From a virus (lineage: Duplodnaviria; Caudoviricetes), in the IMG/VR virus record IMGVR_UViG_3300031951_000008: a DNA stretch of 64,000 nt; one strand, given 5' to 3'. Shown here piece after piece: positions 57,373-64,000 of the stretch. The notes beneath the pieces were generated by a model, which saw only the letters and a program-made list of their open reading frames with translations, had not been told where the DNA came from and searched no databases. Position numbers and translations under genes: made by a program. Each line of letters starts with the position of its first letter. Within the stretch, counting starts at the first letter, position 1.

Positions 57373-57943
57373 GCCCGACAGTTTGGATGTCGTACTGAAG
57401 AAGATCGAAGAGCAGAAAGTAACTGTTAGCGATTTTAATCAGTTGATTTCCGAGTCTACTCCGGAGGCTATAAGAGATCGTCTAAGGCGGCGTACTCTCA
57501 AAAGCGAGACAGAGTCTCACATAGACAATAAAACCGGCCATCAAGGCATGAGTTTACCGCATTTTCAGAAGCGAGTAGCACCGAAAAGAAAGCCAGAAAA
57601 TCAGCAAAACCATGGAAGGTCTAAAGTGGCTAATAGGCATAGCCAGAGAACGCAAGCTAGACAAAGAGCTGCTACTGAATCTACTACTAAGCCATCGGCT
57701 AATACTGAACCAGCTACTACACCAGCGTTGTTGGAAGGTACTGGATTCGACTTTAAGCTGAGCCGCGATAATGCAGGCCTAACTATGATCATAGAGCACA
57801 ATGGTCAAGAATTAGCTAGAGCAAAGCATAATAAGAATACTAACAAGTGGGATATAGTAAAGCCCACAGATGATCAGGTCAAATGCGTGAGCCTGGTCCA
57901 ATTTGATGGTTACGACTGGAATACACTTTTCGGTGCTATTTGA
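57356..57943 (+). CDS. hypothetical protein
   Basis: 195 aa, GGAGG RBS. Confidence 0.7.
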   Translation: MTTQSKPDSLDVVLKKIEEQKVTVSDFNQLISESTPEAIRDRLRRRTLKSETESHIDNKTGHQGMSLPHFQKRVAPKRKPENQQNHGRSKVANRHSQRTQARQRAATESTTKPSANTEPATTPALLEGTGFDFKLSRDNAGLTMIIEHNGQELARAKHNKNTNKWDIVKPTDDQVKCVSLVQFDGYDWNTLFGAI

Positions 57944-58557
57944 TGGAAGATTTAGACTCGCTATTGCAGCAAATTGATGAGCTTGATGCAAAAGCTGGTG
58001 AAAGTATACAGGAACCGGCTCAGCCATCTGAATCGTTTGCGGAATCAGATTCAATAATCGATCCAGACGATCCGATTTTGAATAAAAAGATTGAAGAGAA
58101 GATTACGATAGTAGATGTACAGGATGACATAAAAGTCAATTTAGATGTTATTCCAACAGAGATTACTCCTGTTGTGCAAGCAGAAGAGCCGTTGATAGAT
58201 ATTAAGAAGTATCTAAACAAGCTCGATACTGTTACTGATTCTATTCTGGAATCATGTAATGCTGATAGGCAAGAAGCACAAGACATTATAAATATGTATA
58301 GGAGAGAGATTGATTCTGCTATAACGAATTCTAGGCAACCTCAGAGGATGTTTGTTGATGGCTTGGTAAAGGCATTGGAAGTAAAGTCTAATGTAAATAT
58401 GACAGCGGTTAAAGCTTTAGAAGCTACAGCGAAGATGATCGCTACTACCAAGGCTGGTTCTAGTGTGCAGGTCAATAATTTAAACGTAGGACCAGGCAAT
58501 AGCTCTGATTTAGAATCTGTCCTGGCATTGCCTTTGTCCCAAGACGATGAATACTAA
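57940..58557 (+). CDS. putative terminase small subunit
   Basis: Acidic N-terminus and helical core; TAATG-coupled directly upstream of the large terminase. Confidence 0.45.
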   Translation: MMEDLDSLLQQIDELDAKAGESIQEPAQPSESFAESDSIIDPDDPILNKKIEEKITIVDVQDDIKVNLDVIPTEITPVVQAEEPLIDIKKYLNKLDTVTDSILESCNADRQEAQDIINMYRREIDSAITNSRQPQRMFVDGLVKALEVKSNVNMTAVKALEATAKMIATTKAGSSVQVNNLNVGPGNSSDLESVLALPLSQDDEY

Positions 58558-60524
58558 TGGCTATAACATCGCAACAGAAACAAATAATTAAAAATTGCCA
58601 ATCATCTGTAACATATTTCTTACGGAATTATGGTAAGATCAAGCATCCATCTGCTGGTATCATACCATTTTATCCATTTTCTTATCAAAGAAGAGCTATT
58701 AAAGCTTTCAGGACGAATAGGCTGAATATATTTAGGAAGTGCCGACAAGCAGGTGCTTCAAAAATCGCTGGCGCGTTTGCTTTGTGGTTCGCGATGTTTA
58801 ATAACCACAAAACAATTCTAATCGTATCGAGAACTGACGAAGATGCGATGGGTTTCTTGCGGGAGCAGATAGTCTTCTTATTCGAGCATTTGCCTGAGTG
58901 GATGCAGAAAGTATGGAAGCCTACCAAGCTCAACGAGCACGAGATTATGTTTCCTAATGGCTCTAGGATAAAGAGCCTTACATCTCACCCAGAAGTATTG
59001 CGGTCTAATGCATCATCGTTAAATATTATTGACGAAGCTGCGTTTATTCAGGGTATGGAAGCTATGTGGGCTGGTGGCTGGCCTACGCTTCAGCACGGTG
59101 GTAACGTCATCGTTATTTCTACGACCAATGGTGTTGGCAACTGGTATTGGGCGACTTGCACTGAAGCAGAAGCTGGTGCGAACATGTTCAATCCGATAGT
59201 TATTAACTGGTATGACATGGACTGGGTCATTGAATATACTGACCCAATATCACGAGAATTTAAGAGAATAGCACCTTTAGATGGTATCAAGAAATGTACG
59301 ACAAAAGAACAGATCCTAAAATATGGACCATACTGGTCTCCTTGGCTGGAACAGCAATATAAAGCATTGCAGTTAAAGGGCGAATCGCATAAATTTAAGC
59401 AAGAAATTTTAGCATCATTCATAGGTTCTGGTAACACGGTACTGCCAGAAGAAGTGCTAGCATACATTGCTACGACGGTCAAAGAACCGGAGATGAAAGT
59501 TTGCGGTAGCCAGACTTATGTCCATCCTATCTCAGGAGAATCTGAGCTGCTAGACTTCGATTTTGATGAACCAGAAGAGGGTTTATGGATATGGCAAAAG
59601 CCGGTATTAGCTAAGCCTGAGAAGAGACGTGGTAATGAGATAATTGAGGCTAGCTCTCCGGCCCATGCCTACGTGATGGGGGTTGATACGGCTACTGGTA
59701 AAGGCAAAGACTTCCACGCCATTGAAGTTTTCGACATATACACCAGAGAGCAAGTTGCAGAGTTTATGGCTCGATGCTTGCCTAGGGATTTAGTAAAGTA
59801 TATTGATCGTATAGGCAGGTGGTATAACTGTGCATTGGCCGTAGTCGAAAGCAACAATGGCGGCCATATAATAATAGATCAGCTACGTTACGACTACATG
59901 TACCCTAGATTATATCGCAAGAAGGACCTCAATGATAAGCCTTCTGCCGGAACAAGGAAAAAACAGCGGACATTAAAGGTAGCTTCATACGGCTTCGCAA
60001 CCACGTTAGCAAGTAAGCCTATTTTAAATCAATATTTAATGAACTATATAAGGGATAACGCAGAAGATGGGTATACTATTTATAGCACCAGATTGCTAAA
60101 ACAATTTCATACGTATGTTAGAAAGAGAGATCGTCTGGGGCATGATACCTCTAGGACGGAAGCGGAAGAAGGTGTTGGTAATTTCGATGACTTGGTTATA
60201 GCTACAGGTTTAGGGTTGGTCGGCACCGCAGACTCGTTCATAGTAGATGCTGGTAACATGACACCTTTTAATGCCGAAAACAGTTTTAAGAGTATGACTG
60301 GACCGACTATATTAAATAATGATACAGTTCTTAAGAACACAGAGGATTGGTCTAAGAGCGGTGGTCAGACTCTATTAATGCCGATTGCATTGGCTCCGGA
60401 TGAGATACCAGAAATAGCCGCTCAGAGGGTGATAGATAATTACGCTGTACAGCTTGGTGGTATACCAATAAGTGAGGGTAAACCTATAGTTACCCCGCAA
60501 AAGTATTTTTATGAGCGAAAATAG
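58557..60524 (+). CDS. terminase large subunit, T4 gp17-like
   Basis: YPFSYQ, RKCRQAGAS, IIDEAAF, ISTTNG, QEILASF, MGVDTATG, VVESNN, DDLVIA. Confidence 0.95.
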   Translation: MAITSQQKQIIKNCQSSVTYFLRNYGKIKHPSAGIIPFYPFSYQRRAIKAFRTNRLNIFRKCRQAGASKIAGAFALWFAMFNNHKTILIVSRTDEDAMGFLREQIVFLFEHLPEWMQKVWKPTKLNEHEIMFPNGSRIKSLTSHPEVLRSNASSLNIIDEAAFIQGMEAMWAGGWPTLQHGGNVIVISTTNGVGNWYWATCTEAEAGANMFNPIVINWYDMDWVIEYTDPISREFKRIAPLDGIKKCTTKEQILKYGPYWSPWLEQQYKALQLKGESHKFKQEILASFIGSGNTVLPEEVLAYIATTVKEPEMKVCGSQTYVHPISGESELLDFDFDEPEEGLWIWQKPVLAKPEKRRGNEIIEASSPAHAYVMGVDTATGKGKDFHAIEVFDIYTREQVAEFMARCLPRDLVKYIDRIGRWYNCALAVVESNNGGHIIIDQLRYDYMYPRLYRKKDLNDKPSAGTRKKQRTLKVASYGFATTLASKPILNQYLMNYIRDNAEDGYTIYSTRLLKQFHTYVRKRDRLGHDTSRTEAEEGVGNFDDLVIATGLGLVGTADSFIVDAGNMTPFNAENSFKSMTGPTILNNDTVLKNTEDWSKSGGQTLLMPIALAPDEIPEIAAQRVIDNYAVQLGGIPISEGKPIVTPQKYFYERK

Positions 60525-61218
60525 CTATTCAATTATTATACCCACTTACAATAATTTTAAATTTATCGATGAGTGCTTGAATTCTGTAGTTAAAAGCTTT
60601 AAAAACCGTGATTATGAGATATTGGTAGGAATAGATAATTGCCCTAAGACTAGGAAGCTATTGCTTTCAAAGAGCTATCAGAACACCAAAGCATACTGGT
60701 CTAATGCTAACGTTGGGCCGTTTACAATTAAGAATAATCTGGTTCAGATAGCTAAAAATGATTATCTGGTGTTCTTTGACTCAGATGATATAATGTATGA
60801 GAGTTGTGCTGCCGAATTACATAATGTATCAAGCAATAAACGATATATTCGTTTTAAGTATGATCAATTTATGCATAGCAAGGGCCAAAGCAGCAAGTCT
60901 TTGTGCGGTTTATCATTTGCTGAAGGTGTCTTTTGTATTGAATCGGCATTATTTAAAGAATATGTCGGCTTTATGCCTTGGCGTTGTGCGGCAGACTCCG
61001 AGTTTTATCTTCGTTTGCGCAATATGGGTGAAGATTATACTGTAATAGGCGAGCCATTATTTTTGAGGAGGCTGCATGGCGATAATTTAACTATGAGCCA
61101 GGATACGAATCATGTATCGGTTATCAGGAAGGGCTATATAGAAATTATTAACAGTAGGTCTGCAAGCGGTCAGTGGGATAACCCAGAAATACACAAGATA
61201 GAATTGGAGTTATTATGA
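60511..61218 (+). CDS. glycosyltransferase family 2
   Basis: YSIIIPTYN, ILVGIDN, NVGPFTIKN, VFFDSDD, AADSEF, LRRLHGDN. Confidence 0.88.
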   Translation: MSENSYSIIIPTYNNFKFIDECLNSVVKSFKNRDYEILVGIDNCPKTRKLLLSKSYQNTKAYWSNANVGPFTIKNNLVQIAKNDYLVFFDSDDIMYESCAAELHNVSSNKRYIRFKYDQFMHSKGQSSKSLCGLSFAEGVFCIESALFKEYVGFMPWRCAADSEFYLRLRNMGEDYTVIGEPLFLRRLHGDNLTMSQDTNHVSVIRKGYIEIINSRSASGQWDNPEIHKIELELL

Positions 61219-62081
61219 AGTTTAAGCTACCTGATTTCGACTGTTCGAAATACCCCAAAGTCTACGCTGGCACTGGGTCAAGGTACGCTACTGCTACTGC
61301 TGTCGCATATGTAAGTAATAATCAGCTACTTGCTGCCCAGTTTTTAAATAGAACTATTTATTTGTTAAATTTAGAACATAACGGTTCACATACAATTGTC
61401 AGCAGTACTAAAACAACTTACTACCCTGACTTAATGGATTATAAGGGAGGCTTAATTGCTACAGCGAATTTTCCTTCTCTTGAATTTGCAGATGGGTCTT
61501 TGTCTTTATTCAGATTAGAAGGATCTAAGATAGTCCACGACAAGGATATTGTTCTAAAGGGCATGAGGTGCCACGGCTGCCGAATTATTGACGAAAACAC
61601 TGTTATAGTGACGAATACAGGCGATAATAACAGAGGCTTACTATTTGTGAATACTAATACAGGCTCATATGAGCTTTTCGATGATTTTCTATATTATCCT
61701 AAAGACATACTTATAAGAGGTAATAGTCTTTATATAAGTAGCTCGGCTAGTAGGCCTAATCTCAAACCGGTAGAAATACTTGATTCTATATTATATAGAT
61801 TTAATAAAAGCACTTTGGAGAAGGAATCGGAGCTAGTCTTCCACGGTCAGACAGATGCTATAGCAGTCGATGAGAATGATATATTTATAACATTGCAGGG
61901 ACAGCATTGTTTAGCTTATTTAACAGATCTAGAGGAGATAAAATTCGTAGGTTATATAGGCGGATATGATTTCCCGCATGGTATAGCTTCTAAAGCTGGT
62001 AACATCTGCGTGAGTAACTATGGCGACAATACTATTGACATACAACACAAGACAACTTTAATACAAAAACAGGCGGTATAA
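61215..62081 (+). CDS. beta-propeller repeat protein
   Basis: Repeated blades (CHGCRI, YPKDIL, TDAIAV, FPHGIA...VSNYGDNTI). Confidence 0.65.
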   Translation: MKFKLPDFDCSKYPKVYAGTGSRYATATAVAYVSNNQLLAAQFLNRTIYLLNLEHNGSHTIVSSTKTTYYPDLMDYKGGLIATANFPSLEFADGSLSLFRLEGSKIVHDKDIVLKGMRCHGCRIIDENTVIVTNTGDNNRGLLFVNTNTGSYELFDDFLYYPKDILIRGNSLYISSSASRPNLKPVEILDSILYRFNKSTLEKESELVFHGQTDAIAVDENDIFITLQGQHCLAYLTDLEEIKFVGYIGGYDFPHGIASKAGNICVSNYGDNTIDIQHKTTLIQKQAV

Positions 62082-62117
62082 ACCGCCTGTAACAAAAGTC
62101 ATCTTAAGAGCAGTGTC

Positions 62118-62450
62118 TTACTTTGATTCGATGTGGAATTTGCTAACCGCTTCTTTAAGATATTTCAAAGCTTTGACTTTAACCACGCTATAAGCAGGTT
62201 TGGCCTCGACTTTCACTTCTTTCTTTGTGAAAGGCGAGATTTTGACCCCGGCTTCAGTGGCTGGCTTATCGACCTTGTTGATCTTTACAAGCCCTGGTAG
62301 GGTAAAGGTACCTGTTATGTTTGTTTGTTCTATCGCAACGGAAGCGAGAGCATCGAGCACCGACTTGACTTGATCGACGCTTAATTCACAAGTACTTGCT
62401 AAGCGTGATCTTAACTCTGATAGAGTCATTGGTTTTTGTTGTTCCGACAT
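62118..62450 (-). CDS. HU-family DNA-binding protein
   Basis: MTLSELRSRLA, FTLPGLVKI, SPFTKKEVKVEAKPAYSVVKVKALKYLKEAV; GGAGG RBS on the minus strand. Confidence 0.88.
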   Translation of the reverse strand: MSEQQKPMTLSELRSRLASTCELSVDQVKSVLDALASVAIEQTNITGTFTLPGLVKINKVDKPATEAGVKISPFTKKEVKVEAKPAYSVVKVKALKYLKEAVSKFHIESK

Positions 62451-62520
62451 AATTCCTCCAGTAAAAAAGAGACCATATATTTACTATTGATACTTATTCA
62501 ACGTAACACAAATATAGCCT

Positions 62521-63129
62521 ATGAAACTTAATCACATATTAAAAGAAATACGATCTGGGTTCATTTATCCTGCAAATCACAAGTTAGATGTTATCAAGAG
62601 ATCTAATAAGCTATCTGTAGTGCTAGGCGAAGAATATAATAGTAAGATTATTGTGTACAAGGGAGTCTCTAAGACTACCGGTTTAATGAATTGGCCGGTC
62701 CGCACCGTTGGCGGTGTCGGTTATCATATACCAGGCTTTATGTCAGTTTATGATATCGCTGTGGTTTATTCAGAACCATCATTGACTGGTTCCGACGACC
62801 AGCACTCGATGATAGTGAAGGTAGAGTTAGATAGTAAAGAGGTAGAGAATCGCTCCGAGGAGTATGCTGAATGGTGTCGTGACAATAACATATCGAAACC
62901 GGACATTAGTGTAAATCTTCCTGAACATTGGAGAAATGATAAAAAGATTTGGACAATTGTAGAAAGCGGCTCTGGCCATAGCGGTGTAAGCTGCTATGGT
63001 AATGCGAGTTTTGTTTATTCGGGTATACCAGTAGAATATGAAGTCGTGAAGTACTACGAGAATCAGAATGAGTGGGAGGAGGATAATATGGCCCTCCTTA
63101 GAAGCTGGCAAGCTGGGGTTAAAAAGTGA
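62521..63129 (+). CDS. hypothetical protein
   Basis: 202 aa ORF with upstream AAATATA. Confidence 0.7.
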   Translation: MKLNHILKEIRSGFIYPANHKLDVIKRSNKLSVVLGEEYNSKIIVYKGVSKTTGLMNWPVRTVGGVGYHIPGFMSVYDIAVVYSEPSLTGSDDQHSMIVKVELDSKEVENRSEEYAEWCRDNNISKPDISVNLPEHWRNDKKIWTIVESGSGHSGVSCYGNASFVYSGIPVEYEVVKYYENQNEWEEDNMALLRSWQAGVKK

Positions 63130-63161
63130 GAGCTGATGCATTCAACGCTAGATTACCATGT

Positions 63162-63168
63162 AAATATA
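63162..63168 (+). promoter_or_regulatory. AAATATA candidate late-promoter element
   Basis: Intergenic, upstream of the portal gene. Confidence 0.5.
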
Positions 63169-63209
63169 TGATACATTGCATAGCTTGAGAACTTGAAGAA
63201 TCATTAATT

Positions 63210-64000
63210 ATGCCTAATAATTGGTTGGTATTTGATAGAATCAGGGCCTTAACTAGGCAAAACCAATTATATCAAGCCGAGCGCACATATCAAGACCAGC
63301 CTAGCATAGACAGGCTGACAGCCGGTGGCGAGTTCTTAGATATGAATCAGCAGGCTGCAATATTGGATCAAACCAATTTGCAGATCAATAGGCTTGAAAG
63401 GTACAAGGATTACGAGCAGATGGATCAAATGGGCGAGATTAGTCTTGCTCTAGATCTATATGCGGACGAGACGAGCTTAGTGGACCCTGAGAGGAAGCAC
63501 ACATTAGTAATCAGGGCGAGAAATAGAAGACTAAGAAAAGAATTAGAAAATTTATTCTTTAATATATTGAGATGGGATACTTACAATAGGCCCACTACTA
63601 GATATCTCTGTAAGTACGGCGATGCACCATTTGAAGTGATATTAGACGCTGATCGATCGGGCGTGTCATCTCTGAAGTTTATGAATGTCTATAACTTCAC
63701 AAGAATTGAGACCAGATACGGCGACTTAGTCGGCTTCTTTTATATGGATGCACTCTATCCAAGGCCGCAATTCTTACACCCCTGGCAGGTAATGCATTTG
63801 CGATTGACTAGCTTTGAGAATATCTATCATCCTTACGGTCGGGCAGTATTAGACGGCGGCAGAAAGGCTTTTAAGCAGCTTAGGCTGATGGAGGATGCGG
63901 CCTTAATATATCGGATAACTAGAGCCCCAGAAAAGAGAAAATTTAGTATACCTGTAGGGAATATTCCTCCAAAGGAAGTGCCTGAGTACATGCAGATGAT
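63210..64000 (+). CDS. portal protein, T4 gp20-like (runs off the end of the window)
   Basis: Not in the ORF track; translated by hand: MPNNWLVFDR...RYKDYEQMD...ISLALDLYADE...YLCKYGD...PYGRAVL...QLRLMEDAALIYRITRAPEKRKFSIPVGNIPP. Confidence 0.92.
   Translation, partial: MPNNWLVFDRIRALTRQNQLYQAERTYQDQPSIDRLTAGGEFLDMNQQAAILDQTNLQINRLERYKDYEQMDQMGEISLALDLYADETSLVDPERKHTLVIRARNRRLRKELENLFFNILRWDTYNRPTTRYLCKYGDAPFEVILDADRSGVSSLKFMNVYNFTRIETRYGDLVGFFYMDALYPRPQFLHPWQVMHLRLTSFENIYHPYGRAVLDGGRKAFKQLRLMEDAALIYRITRAPEKRKFSIPVGNIPPKEVPEYMQM

Noticed and set aside
58730-58765. Terminase Walker A lacking the canonical GK lysine (KCRQAGAS)
   Set aside because: Deviant Walker A motifs with the lysine at the start of the P-loop are known in large terminases (e.g. 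lambda gpA), so this does not indicate inactivation.

Overview
The window is 64 kb of a large T4-like (contractile-tailed, probably jumbo) bacteriophage genome, densely coding, mostly on the + strand, read in the standard genetic code. From left to right it holds: (1) a replication/recombination block (DnaB/gp41-like helicase, GroES-like cochaperonin, a short divergent PolA-like protein, UvsY-like protein, gp32-like SSB, RNase H/5' nuclease, resolvase-like nuclease); (2) a glycan-modification cluster (four or five glycosyltransferases plus a sulfotransferase, with gmd, a SAM methyltransferase, a cupin and another GT2 elsewhere); (3) an unannotated tRNA-like RNA with two GNRA hairpins inserted in its D-loop, then NAD-dependent ligase, RimI-like acetyltransferase and gmd; (4) neck, tail and baseplate genes (gp13/14/15-like, sheath, three tube paralogues, gp26/gp51-like pair with a candidate frameshift, hub, tape measure, gp53, gp5, gp25, gp6) interrupted by a primase and antisense genes; (5) class II ribonucleotide reductase, UvsW-like helicase, a gp55-like sigma factor with a Zn-ribbon insert, terminase, HU and the start of the portal gene. 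A recurrent AAATATA motif upstream of late genes is a candidate late promoter. The RimI and HU sequences suggest a Planctomycetota-like host (inference from recalled family features). All protein calls come from motif recognition by eye; no database search was run.
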